From the NCBI GenBank assembly GCA_965202585.1, contig OZ241828.1:17856001-17920000 (forward strand): a stretch of 64,000 nt of DNA, written 5' to 3'. The stretch is from Thalia democratica (taxonomy: Eukaryota). The notes under the pieces are model-generated. The model worked only from the letters and a program-made list of their open reading frames with translations. It searched no databases and had not been told where the DNA came from. Every line of letters begins with the position of its first letter. The first letter of the stretch is position 1. A program made the position numbers and the translations under genes. Positions 52,105 to 64,000 of this stretch are shown piece after piece.

Positions 52105-53185
52105 AGTTAAAAAAGAATGTAAACGAGAGTATTTTATCTGTAAAATGTTTAATTATATTGTATTGTTTCAGCTTTTGATAATAAACGTTGCTAGTTTCAA
52201 TTTTGTCAATAAATCTGACTACTACAGTAAAAAATAAAATATGGCATTTCATTTAAAAATTGTTTCATAATGACGTGATAATTAATTCTTGTTTTTCAAG
52301 TTGAAATATTCTTCTTTGGGGAAGCTAATTCTATTATAAACTTCTCGTTGGAATTACATGAACACATACGTAAAATAATGTAAGAACTTTTTTCTTTTAG
52401 CTTACGTTTAAATACGTTTAAGAGGTTGTATATAAGAAGTAAAGAATTTAGCTAAACAACATTGAACGAAGGAGAAAGAGATAAAACGAGATAAAAATTT
52501 AGGTTATTGTCAACAAATTTACTTTGTTTCTTTTATTAGTTTATTTATCCCTGATTATCTTTTTAAACTCAAATTGTGCCAGTGAATTAGTTAAGCCATG
52601 ATGGGTTTAGTTTTAGCTAGGCTAACAATAACTTTATCACTTTAATGTGTTTAAATTATTCTTTTTATTTCATTAAATCATGTTTTATAACATATGTAAT
52701 ATTCTAGTTGGTTTTTTACATACTACTAAAAGTACTAATTTAGACGTCTGATAAAATACGCTCATTTATTAATTTTAGTACAAAATACTTAACAAAAGCA
52801 AGTAATATACTTAAGATATAAACATATATTAAGTAAAGCAAAATTTCACCTCCGTTTTAAGTGAGCTAAAAATTAGTCTCAATTGAAAGCGTTTATAGTT
52901 TTATTCAGAGCTCAGTTTTAATCAAATAATAGCTCTGCTAATAATTTAAACGAGTGAACTTTAAATTTTGTATACTATTACCAGATAATAAAGTGAAAAA
53001 AAAACTATTGAAAATCTGCACATTTTAAAATTAATTTTCAAATAAGATAAACATTCTTTTAAAAGTAACTGGTAAGCTTGAAACAACAAACAAAATCTTC
53101 AAAATTAGTCAGTTTACGAAATTTCAAGCAACTTCAAGTTTTTAATGGAACACATTTTTTTATATAAAATATCTAAAACACTAAG

Positions 53186-53326
53186 TGACGTCACTAGATA
53201 GAAACACAGTTAAATGTTGCAATCTAATAGATTAAAAAATAAACAAAACTACTAATAAAAAACAGAAGTGCACTAACTAATCAAATTTTAGGCGAGATGT
53301 TGATCTTTTATATCATTCTCGCAAAA
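53186..53326 (-). promoter_or_regulatory. Bipartite element copy
   Basis: TGACGTCA at 53186; GGCGAGATGTTGATCTTTTATATCATTCTCGCAAAA; spacing 112. Confidence 0.55.
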
Positions 53327-54266
53327 TATAATAGCACAAAAAATGCAGTTTTGTATAGTTAAGAAAGTAAAGAAAAAATTTTGGACGATTGACTGTCATT
53401 AGCATTAGTTTTTCCCAGCAATATCAATAAGTAAAAGTTATAATTTTTTTTTAGTCCTGAAAAACTTTAATTAAACCTTTGAAAGAATCTCTTAAACATA
53501 TAAATAGAAAAACATAAAGTAGTGTAAACAAAAATTAAATATTTCAAAAATCAATTATGTATTATGTACATACAAAAAAAATCAAAACTGAAACATTGTG
53601 AATTTTAAAAGTAAAACAAAAAAAACAAAATTTAAAGCCCATAGAACATCAACATAAACGAACTGAAAATTTTTTTAAAATTAATCAATTACGACTTCTT
53701 AATACAAGACAAAAGGGGTAACTGAGAAGTTAATCTACCGATTGAAACATTGCTTATTTCAATACTTCTAAAAAGTAACTATGTTAGATTACAAAAAACA
53801 CATATAAAATTTGATCAAAGCATAATATTCTAGAAGTAAACAATTTTATGTAATTTTCAAAAACCTCAAATTTAACCCTAAACATATTTCAGTTAAATAA
53901 TATATTTATACATTGAAATCTAAACCAGAGGTTATCATTAATTATAACAAAAACAAATCAAAACAATTTATATAAAAATGCTATAACTTCTAAGGTTAAA
54001 AGTTTTACTAACGTTTTTTATACTATTTGTTTAAAAAAAAAATGCGTTATGGGGCTAATAATTTAACAAACAATATCTTGGTAAGTATTTTTTAAACAAA
54101 CTATTAGGCTCAAACAAAATATTTTATTAAACGGTAATAGTATAGTTTCTTGTTTTTTGTAAAATATTATCCATGTATAATATTCAAATATTACTTAAAC
54201 GTAAATATTTTATTATACCAACTATTTTCCAAAATTTACCTGTTTTTCAAATGATATGTTGTTACG

Positions 54267-54400
54267 TTTTGCGAGAATGAAAAGGAGATCTGTACTCACT
54301 ACAAATTTTTCTTTTCCAAAATTTCCAAAGTGTTTTTACACTACTTTCACTTCATAAACTACGTTATAGTAACTATTTGTGCGTCTTTCAAATGATGTCA
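54267..54400 (+). promoter_or_regulatory. Bipartite element copy
   Basis: TTTTGCGAGAATGAAAAGGAGATCTGTACTCACTACAAA; TTTGTGCGTCTTTCAAATGATGTCA; spacing 106. Confidence 0.55.
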
Positions 54401-57400
54401 CATAATGAGTTTAACATTTTCTAATAAAGTTTTACAAGTTTATCACTGCTTGGAAATAATTAATGAGTTTTTGTTTAGAATTATATCTTAAACTTTTTCA
54501 ATTTAAACAGTACGAACAAATGTTTGAACAGAAAACTAACATTTAATTACTATAGCTCTTAGAGTTAGTAATAATAAACAAGATTAATTTTAAAATATTA
54601 AAATGACTAGAACTTTTGCTAACGGTATTTACTAAAGAAAACTAAAAAACAATTTTTCTGAAATTTAAAACTAAACTATAGTAAATTTTTAAAATAGATT
54701 ATCTTACAAAATTAGTAAATAAAACCATTTCTAGTTTAAATTTAAACTTAACTCTGATTAAAACTATAAAAAATATCATTTTTGAAGTAAGATAATTTTC
54801 TAGTTAAATACAAGGGCAGAGAAAAAAACAGAAAACAAAATTTAAACAAGAAACGTTTAGTTTTATTTAAATATTGTTAGTTTAGTATAAAAAAGTAATT
54901 TGATTAGATTTGAATCGTAAAATCCTGTCATAAACAAAACATTTTTTTATGTTGGTATTGTGTAACGTGGAACAACTGTTAAGTAATTAAATAAGTTTAT
55001 TTTTTGGATTTATTTGTATTATAACTAACAAAAGTTATAAATGTAGATTAAGTATGTAGAATCCTACATGATGCTTCTACTAGTTTAAAAGTGTGTAAAA
55101 GTATTTAATTATTTGTGCTGTTTTCGTAATCAAAAACCAAACTATATTTGAACTTCGTTTTTGAAATATACATACAAACTGTTAATTCATTAAAAATAAA
55201 AAGTTTACCAAAAGCATATAACTAATAAACTGATTAATATTATTAGCGGAAAACAATGTTGAGACAGTTGTTTGCATAAAATAAAGAACTAGTAAAAAGT
55301 ACACATGTTTGTTTGAAAACAAACAAAAATAATGGTGGTAAACAGAGTGTAAAAAAAAAGGAAAAATTTACTAATTAATGTATAGTTTCTGTTTGCTGAC
55401 CTATATTGACCTTTTGGATAATAAAACTTTCTTTTCGTTCTTAAAACTAATTACTTAAAATTAAAATAAGTTTATAAAAGTTTTCAGAGATTTACAGCAA
55501 GTAAATAATTATGTGCTTAGTTCAAAACAAAAATTGTAGTGATAATTGACCTTTTATATAAATATCCTAATAATTTACCGAATAGAAACATCATAAAAAA
55601 GTTAGCGTGTAATATTTTTAGCATGAAACCTTTATCAACATATTTTTTAACTATTTTTTAGGTTGATTGCTAAAAGCGTAAACTACAGTTTCATAAGTAA
55701 AGCGTAGTTACAGATTTTGTTAGTTGTATGGTTTTAGTATGGTTTAAAAATTTGATGTAGTCTTTTAAATAATTTTTTCTAAGCAGGAAACAAAGTTAAA
55801 GTAATTTTTTAATTAAAAACATTGAGAATATGCTAAAACGAGTAACAATTAAAACTACAAAACTTTTTAACAAACTTAATGATTAATGATAATAAACACA
55901 TTACAAGCAATAGTACTGTAGAAATATTTGTACTGGTTCAGTTTCTGATAAAGCTTTTGTCAATAAAGCTTAGAAGTACTATTGAAAATTGAAAGTTTGC
56001 AGTTTTATACAAAAACTTGTAACATAATGACGTAATAAAGAATACTTACTAAAAAATTACATTATTCTTCTTTGGTTGAAAATAAATATTTTCAAACTTG
56101 GTTCTTGAAGTTCATGAATATAGTTTTGAATTTATATTCAGTTTTTTTTTTCTCTTAGAGTAATAGTTTTATATTTGTAATTCGTTTAAGAGTTTTGTAT
56201 ATATAGCATAAAATTTCTATTTATCAAAATTAAACGGTTGTTTTTAAGAAGCAGGAACTACAAAGAGGTAACAATTTAGAATTATGTAAATAAACTTACT
56301 ATTGCTTTGTAATTAATATTATTTAGTTGCTTTGAGTTTTTAATTACTCATACTTGATATCAGACAACTAATTACATAATAATAACTGGTTTTATTTTAA
56401 GTCAATATAATAGCGACTTCAGCAGTATTTTTAATGTATATTGGAATTAAATAAAACTTTTGCAAAATATCTTTGTCTTTTTCCTTTGAACTTGTTCATA
56501 TGCTATAATATTAAATAGTCTGTTTGAAACATTTGTGTTATGTCCTGGACAAGACATAAAAATTTGTGGTTTACGACTTGGTAAATGAAAAGATTTGCCA
56601 TGTATTAGGTTTTGCAGAAAACTTTATAGACGCTTGTTTTTTTAGTTGAAAAAACAATTCAATTTATTTAAGTTAGGACATTAAACATATAATGCTTGTT
56701 TAAAAAATAAGATTTTAAAGTTTGAAATTAACCTTAAGACAAAATGTAGTATAAAAGTAATTTCTACTTAATAAATGGACATTTTAGTTGTTTATTATTT
56801 ACTTTGTAATCTTAGATACAAGATAACGTCATTTAAAAACACACAAGTTTTACATTCATTACTTTGGTTATATATTTACAACTTTCCCAATTAAATTTTC
56901 CTTATAATATAGTTTATTAATTTGTAGCGACAATTTATATCGTTCACGCAAAACTTTCCTCGATAGAATCAAAATAATTTTACGGGCCAAACGATTTTAT
57001 ATTTTTTAAACATTGGCGGACTTAGTATATTTTCATTCCTATAAACATTTTCCAACCGAAGTATAGACTTACCTTATAACTACCTGGTTTTAAGCGACAA
57101 ATAATCATTCTTTGAATAAAAACGACCGGAAAGAAACAAAAAATAAAAGCGCGTTTTATTATATTACTACTATCTATATAATATTTAATTACTTATAAAA
57201 AATAGTATTTTTAGCTTTAGTCTCAATCAGTAAGCATAGTTTAGTTCAAGAAATAGTTTAGTTTAATTAGTAAAATATTCTTGCTTGTCAAGTATTATTA
57301 TCTAATACATAAGGTTTATCTAGTAACAACCGTCTCTAATTTTACTTTTATTAGTTTTTGCAAATTCATCGTTTGGTTTTTTAATAAGAAAAAAATAAAA

Positions 57401-58060
57401 CTTAAAGTATAACTTAAAAATATGTGTTAAATAAAAAAGAAATACTTTAATTTGTAGCGAGTAAGCAACTTCTAAGTTATTAAATTTTTAATACTCAGAA
57501 AAAGTACTAATTTAAGGAAAATGGTTAGGCTCATAGTTTTAATTTGGTTTAATTGACAAAAAGTAAATATTTAGGTTGACTACTCAACCGGCAATGAGTA
57601 CCTAACAAATGCGTACTTAAGCGAAAGATTACTGCTCATAATAACTGTACTTTGAAGATATTTTCCTCTAATTAAGTACGTTAGTATTCTAATGAGAAAA
57701 TTATCTATCTATCATAAATGCGAAAATAGTTCACTGAAAATTAATGAAAACATGTTGTGCTTTATTTTGTTTGAAGTGTTTATTAATTTTTTGAACAAAA
57801 AGGGTTTTTAAATAAGAAAAGAAGAATAATTAAAGCATAACTCAAAATATTGAGTTAAATTAAAAAATAAAAATTGTAGCAAGAAAGCAACGTTTAGGTT
57901 GTTAAAATTTTAGCAATTCAATATATAAAGTTAAACATTTGTTTTAAAGCTTTTCACAAACACAAAAGCTTGCGAATTTAGAACTTAGAAATTATATTTA
58001 AGAATTTTAGCAAAAGAAAAAAAATCAAGTCACATTATTTATATTATGACTGTTTGATTA

Positions 58061-58199
58061 TTTTACGAGAATGATAAAAGGATCGATTTTTCGTTAAAAA
58101 TATAGTTTGATAATGGAAATACTCGTTTATACTTTAAAATGGCTTTATTTTATATCCCTTCCTATCATTTTTGAACTTGTGTGCATTTGTGTGACGTCA
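58061..58199 (+). promoter_or_regulatory. Bipartite element copy
   Basis: TTTTACGAGAATGATAAAAGGATCGATTTTTCGTTAAAAA; TGACGTCA at 58192; spacing 111. Confidence 0.55.
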
Positions 58200-59003
58200 C
58201 TTTATGATTAAATACTGATTTTTAAAAATTTATATTTATTATTTTAATTTTATAAAATTGCTCTGCACTGTGTACTGTGATAACATTGAAAATGATAATT
58301 TTATATGAGTTTATTTTTTAAAAAAGTGTTCCGAAATTTTTTAGACTTAAAGAAGAAAATGCTTAATAAACTTGTAATAAGATAAGTTGAAATAAATAAT
58401 ATATAGTAAAATACGATATTATAATTAAAACTAAAACTTAAGGGAAACGTTTTTGCAACTGCATTAAATTTACATGCAAATATTCTCTCATTTGGCTTCT
58501 TAAAAAACGATTTGAAACTTTACTAACTAAATAACTGCAGTTTTTGTTTATTTAAAAAACTATACAATCAACAATTAAATGACCAACTTATTTTAGTTAA
58601 AAAATCATAAGTTAAAGTACCAGTGTATCGTCACAATAATTAAAGTTTTATTAAGTTATATTGAAAGTAACACACTTTTACTAAACAAAAATGGCAACAC
58701 TAAAAGAAGAACGACAAAAGTTTTTATAACTACAAATCTTTTAGGAAAATATCAAGCGTTATAGTTATATAAAATACAGTATTTCTAAATTACACTAAGT
58801 TTAATCACTTGACACAAATTTAATAAACTATTTAATTCAATTATTTCTTTTATAAAAAATTTTGTTTTATAAATTTTTATAAACTTGTGCTCTTAAGACA
58901 CTGTTAGAAATAAAAATTTCAAGTTAGACAAAATTTAATTTAAATAAAAGCAATAAATTTATACTAAACTTAAACAGTAAAACGTTTAAGTACCTTAGTC
59001 TTA

Positions 59004-59126
59004 TGACGTCATTATATTAATTAAAGCTAAAATTTAAATACTTTTAAAAAGCTACAGATTTAAATATTCTCCATTTAAATATCTAAATTTTAAACGAGAA
59101 TTTGATCTTTTTTATCATTCTCGTAA
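59004..59126 (-). promoter_or_regulatory. Bipartite element copy; a second degenerate minus copy follows at 59204-59331
   Basis: TGACGTCA at 59004; AACGAGAATTTGATCTTTTTTATCATTCTCGTAAA; spacing 96. Confidence 0.55.
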
Positions 59127-59583
59127 ATCAGTTTATGTTATGAATGTTATGAAAAAATATGAGCTGTATTTTATTTAAAAACTTTTAAATTTTTAGCTCT
59201 TTTTCACGTCATAATAACTTACCACAAGTTTAACATGTTATTTTTTAATCTATTAAATTAGTAAAAAAATGATGATCAATACACATATTTATAAATTTGT
59301 AATGAATTTAAGCAATTTTTATTCTCGTAAAGTTTTTAGTGTTCGAAAAATAATAAAAAGTTAACAACTACATTGATTAAAGTTTATTATGCTTCGTTAT
59401 AATGTTTATACTATCTTAGTATTTGTTATTAAATATGATCTTTATTAATTTATAGCAGAAAAATTGTACTGCAACAATAAAACTACATAACTTTTATTCT
59501 TTTAAAACATTTTGTAGCAAAAAATTTTCTATTTATTAAAAGAAGCAGAAATATTTTACTTTAAAAAGGACTTAAACCAATAG

Positions 59584-59718
59584 TTACGAGAATGATATAG
59601 TAGATCAATTTCTCGTTATAAATTAACAAAGCAAAGCTTCTACATATGAATTTTAGTGATACTGTTTTTCATATATAAAATAATAAATGATAAACTTATG
59701 TGTAAATATATGACGTCA
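59584..59718 (+). promoter_or_regulatory. Bipartite element copy; an internally shortened copy follows at 59885-59995
   Basis: TTACGAGAATGATATAGTAGATCAATTTCTCGTTATAAA; TGACGTCA at 59711; spacing 108. Confidence 0.55.
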
Positions 59719-61319
59719 GTGAGTGCTTAAAAAATTCTTAAATGCAATAAAAAAAACAAAAATCATCATAAAATGAAAATTATCGCGCTTAAACAAATTT
59801 TTGTAAGAAGAAAAGCTGGATGATAAAATTCAGTAAACTTATGAAATTTGTCTTCTTTTTCTAGAGTATATTTTATATATAATGTTACGACTAAGTTTCT
59901 CGTTTAAAATACACATATTACTAGAAAAAAACATTTCATATAAATTTAGATTCAAAATAGTTAAGCTACGACTTGTGTGTAATTAAATGACACCACTTAC
60001 TGCTGAAAAAATTATTTTAATGAGTAAAAAAACTAAATAAGTGGTCAGCTTTCTTAAAACTTTTATAAAATTTAATGAAGTTACTGTTTTTTTTTTTTTT
60101 TTTTAAAAACCTACTTTTATATGATTTGTAAAAGTAAATCTTAATTTAAACAGAAATAATTTTAAGCAAATTTAAAATAATAGAAATTTTCTATAGATTA
60201 TATTTAATAGTTATATGTATTGGAAAAAATTTATTTGTCAAAATTTATTAAAAATACTGAAAAAATAAACTTATAGATTTTTTTAAGTTAATGTGTTTAA
60301 TTAGATGTAGAAATGTAAAACGAAATGTCTACCTAAGACAAAAACTAATGTCCGATTAAACAACTTATTAATATGACTGTAAGTAAAATGTATGATTAAA
60401 AAACAGTCAAATGTAAAAGTGTAAAACATATGGCTATTTTACTAAAACTGAACAAAACTACTTATTTAAACCAAAGTCTGACTGTAACTAAAACTACGAC
60501 ATGTGTTAATTTGCCATCTCAGTAAAATCCTGCAACATCTGTTGATATTTTTCTGAATTATATATAGTTTATAGTTAAATTATTATACAATGTCAAAACA
60601 TGTTATAACGTCGATGCTTTAAAATGAATCAACTAAGCCAATAAATTACAAAAGAGAAATTTAGAGGTCGTTTTATCATTATAAATATGCCAGAAATGCA
60701 CAACTATTTATATTGAATAAACTTACATTGCAAAATCAAATGTTTACATGAGAGTTCACCTGTATATTAAAAATAATTTGCTTAAAACAAGTAAAACAAT
60801 AGGATTGCTTGTTGATATTAGCTTTTATTTTTATCAAAGCATAAAAGTCAAAGTAACGTTTTAATGTTATGCCATTACATTTGACTTAATTTATATACTT
60901 TTTGTGAACAAAAATTTAAAGAATGAAATATTTTGTTTGAAACATTACAATATTTTGAATAAATGTAGTTTTCAAAGTTAGAATACAAATCAATCAATAA
61001 AAAAGCACTACCATTCGCAAAATAGTTAAGTAGTTGAATATTTGAAACAATTATTTTCAAAATTGAATAATATATAAACTTTATAAGTGTAAGCTTAGTA
61101 GTACAAACAAAACTGTTTAGTAAAACATATAACAGTATCTTTAAAAACATCTTGGGTAAAGTATTAGGCTTACACAAAATATTACATTTAACAGTCATTT
61201 TATATTTTGTAAGTTATTTTTTATTTACAATGTTTAGATATTGCTGAAACACAAAAACCTATAGTAGTTTTAACTATTTTATTAAAATTATTTATTTTCC
61301 CAAAATATATTCAACTAAG

Positions 61320-61452
61320 TTTTACGAGAATGGTAAAAGAGATCAGTTTCTCGCTACAAATTATTTTCTGTAAAAACCATCCAATGCTTTTAACTAGTTT
61401 TAATTTAAATATTATAATGAATGTTTTTTTGTGTCTTTTTAAAGTTACATTA
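61320..61452 (+). promoter_or_regulatory. Bipartite element copy (strong Box1, decayed Box2)
   Basis: TTTTACGAGAATGGTAAAAGAGATCAGTTTCTCGCTACAAA; TTGTGTCTTTTTAAAGTTACATTA; spacing 104. Confidence 0.5.
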
Positions 61453-63340
61453 CTGAACATTTTTGACACCTTTTAACAAAGGTTTTGTATAAAAAGTTAT
61501 AAGTGCTTAATAAGGTGTGGTTTATAATTTTATGCAAAAAATGCTATTAAATGGTTAACATAAATGTTTAAAATATAAATTAATTTAAATCTACATAGGT
61601 TTAAGCAGTTATAGTAATGAACAATACTGTTTTGGGAAAAAATTGAAATTAGTAGATTTTTTTTTTAATTTCTTTACTTTAAAAATCTAAGAAATAAATT
61701 TCATTGAAATTTATAACAAACTATAGTTGAAACAAAAACTAAACTGAATAAATAAATTAGCAGTTCTACTCAAAACTCAAACTTATCTCTGATTAAAGCA
61801 CAACAAAACTTTTACTTTTGATTAGGACGATTGTTTTAAATATACACAAGGGTTAAAAATATAGCTGTTTATTTCAATATAAACAATTAACATTTAGTTT
61901 TAGTTTTAAGTAGAACTGTTTTTACTTAATAATTCTTTTAAACACTTATGATAAAGCTGATAATTTCAAATGAAAATTATAAAAAAAAGTATTCAGCGGC
62001 TTACAGTAAGTGAGCAACAATTAACTTATTTTAAATAAGTGGGACACCTTCTCCTCATAAAGTATTAAATAGAATCACAACAAAAAATAGATGAGTAGCA
62101 ATTTTAACATAATACCTTAATCACCATACTTTTAAAGTGCCGAAATTTGTCTTTCATTTATCAAGTTTAGGTTAATTGTTTAAAGCTCAGACAATCAAAA
62201 GTAGCTTATCACAAGGACAGTGTAGTTAAAGTTTAATAAATAGAATGGTTAATTTCAATTTTGTTATTCTTAAATAACTTATTCTAAGCAATTAAGAAAG
62301 TCAAAGACAGCTTTGTTGTTAAAGAAATATTAAATATATATTAAAACGATTAACAAATAAAACGAAACACATTTTTATAATAAACATAAGAACTAATGAT
62401 AATAAGCACATTAGAAGAAAAAGTATTTTATATATTAACTTTAAAACTTTTTTTCTTTTTAAATTTTTGATAAAACTTAAGTTTGAACTATTTGACAGTT
62501 TGAATTACTATTAATAAAGATCATAAATATCAGTGAATTTTAAAAGTTTGTAGTTTTATTCAAAATTTGCAACATAATGACGTAATAAAGATACTTGTTA
62601 TGACGAGTACATCATTCTTTTGTTAAAAATAACTTGGTTCTTGCATAACGTGCACATGGTTAAAAATTTATATTCAGCTGTCAATTAGCTTATAATTAAA
62701 GTCTTTTATTTTGACACGTTTAAGAATTTATATATGACATAAAATTCAACTTTTTAAAGTTAAACTGTTGTTTTTAAAAATCAAGGATAAAAAAATGTAA
62801 TGATTAAGAATTTTGTCAATTAACTTACTATTGTTTTGTTTATCAATTAATGTATATAAGCTAGAAGTTTGTTGTTTAAAATCTTTCAGACAATAGAAAA
62901 ACATTTTTAAAATTATGATATGGGTTTATTTAAGCAAATGTTGGAACTATAACTTTTTTAAATATTATTTTAAGCAAAAATATCAACAAAATTGATCTAC
63001 GAGAATAGTTTAAATTACCAATATCTTATTTTAAGTTGAACTTGTTACACCTATCCAAATTTTTAAACTAAGCACAGTGTATATAAAATATAGTCAAGCT
63101 TTAGTTTGTGATTTTAAATACTGATGTCATGTAAACTTAAAGTATTTTTTTAAAGTTTTTTAAGTTGAATAGACAATTCAATTTGTTAAAGTGAAAAATT
63201 TAAACATCTAGTGTGTCTTTTGAATTTTAGAACTTAAAATTTTAATTGAACAATAAGAAAACAAAATATAGTTTAAAAGTAGTTTCTGCTTAAATAAAAT
63301 TTTAATTAGTTCTTTAATTTTTGTAATCTTAGATACAAAA

Positions 63341-63473
63341 TAACGTCACTTAGAGACACACAAGTTTTAAAATCATTTATATATACATATTTTAACGACA
63401 CTTTTAATATATTTAAAGCTTTATTTTAAAATAGTTTTTGTGAAACTTGATCTTTTATAACATTCTCGCAAAA
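63341..63473 (-). promoter_or_regulatory. Bipartite element copy; paralog at 56824-56953, facing plus copy at 62998-63129, lone Box1 at 63586-63622
   Basis: TAACGTCACTTAGAGACACACAAG; TTGTGAAACTTGATCTTTTATAACATTCTCGCAAAA; spacing 104. Confidence 0.55.
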
Positions 63474-64000
63474 CGTTATCAGTCAAAAACAAAATAATTC
63501 TGCTTTCCAAATTTTTATATATTTTTCAAGCATTGGCGGGAGTACATTTTCTAGCGCTAGTATAGACTTACGTTATAACTATCTGTTTGTAGCGACACTT
63601 GATCTATTACATCATTTGTGTAATAAAAAAGACCAGAGAGAAACAAAATGAAAAGCGCATAACAGTATATTACTTTTATCGATATAAAAATTAATTATCT
63701 AAGAAAACATTTGTTGTTGGAGATTTAGTCTCAATAACTTAATCATAGTTTAGTTCAAATAATAGTTTAACTTAATTAGTAAAATATGTTTGTTTGTCAA
63801 GTATAATTATCTATTATATTATATTTATTTTACTTTTTGTTAGTTTTTGCAAATTTATTGTTTTCTTGTTTTAATAAAATAAAGTTATTTAATATATTCA
63901 CTTAAACTTAAAATACTAATCTATTACTGAAAATATAAGACTACAATGTGTTTGTTTAGCAGAAAATTAAGGAAAAATATTTGGTTTGTAATTTTACTTT

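Larger units (their letters stand above)
50060..59800. repeat. Old inverted duplication: ~50060-50291 vs ~59584-59800
   Basis: The reverse complement of 50060-50165 (TTGACGTAAGTGAGTGCTTAAAAAAT..CAATAAAAAAAACCAAAAATCATCATCAAAA) matches 59710-59775. Confidence 0.75.
42676..63622. repeat. Dispersed family (~17 copies, both strands) of a bipartite element: Box1 ~TTTTRCGAGAATGATAAAAAGATCAATTTCTCGCTACAAA, AT-rich spacer, Box2 ~ACTTGTGTGTNTTNAAATGACGTCA
   Basis: Distance from Box1 GATC to Box2 TGACGTCA(-like) counted at 96-112 bp in 12 of 13 measurable copies (mode 104-107); one copy is 137 bp. Confidence 0.85.
55990..63890. repeat. Old ~1.4-kb direct duplication: ~55990-57400 and ~62540-63890
   Basis: Collinear anchors CATAATGACGTAATAAAG, TTGTAATCTTAGATACAA, CATTGGCGG, GTATAGACTTAC.TTATAACTA, TTAGTCTCAAT, CATAGTTTAGTTCAA and TTAGTTTTTGCAAATT in both copies. 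Confidence 0.85.

Noticed and set aside
56020-56050. TGACGTAA sites at ~56028 and ~62578 and TGACGTGA at ~52271 as further element copies
   Set aside because: Box2-like, but I could not find a convincing Box1 about 105 bp away on either side.
59715-59735. GAGTGCTTAAAA shared between the satellite monomer and two bipartite-element flanks
   Set aside because: Only 12 bp and AT-rich; no further homology, so probably chance.

Overview
Very AT-rich eukaryotic, animal-like DNA with GT-AG splice signals; no prokaryotic genes, rRNA, tRNA or CRISPR arrays were seen. Bases 1-1.3 kb are the end of a 190/218-bp satellite. Bases 2.0-35.3 kb are a tandem segmental duplication (period 13,640 bp, about 2.4 copies). 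It carries three minus-strand intronless BACK-Kelch (KLHL-like) genes: one open, one hybrid pseudogene and one frameshifted. Each unit also holds a Tc1/mariner-pogo-type MITE in an intron of an unannotated spliced gene that has a 12-nt microexon and a PVDLS motif. Bases 35.3-64 kb have no intact gene but contain hAT/Helitron-like debris and a RING-H2-type pseudogene. The main finding is there: about 17 copies, in both orientations, of a bipartite element made of a ~40-bp GATC-centred imperfect palindrome and a TGTGTG...TGACGTCA box, held about 105 bp apart by a poorly conserved AT-rich spacer. A degenerate copy lies upstream of each Kelch gene. All coordinates, alignments and counts were made by eye and need computational confirmation.
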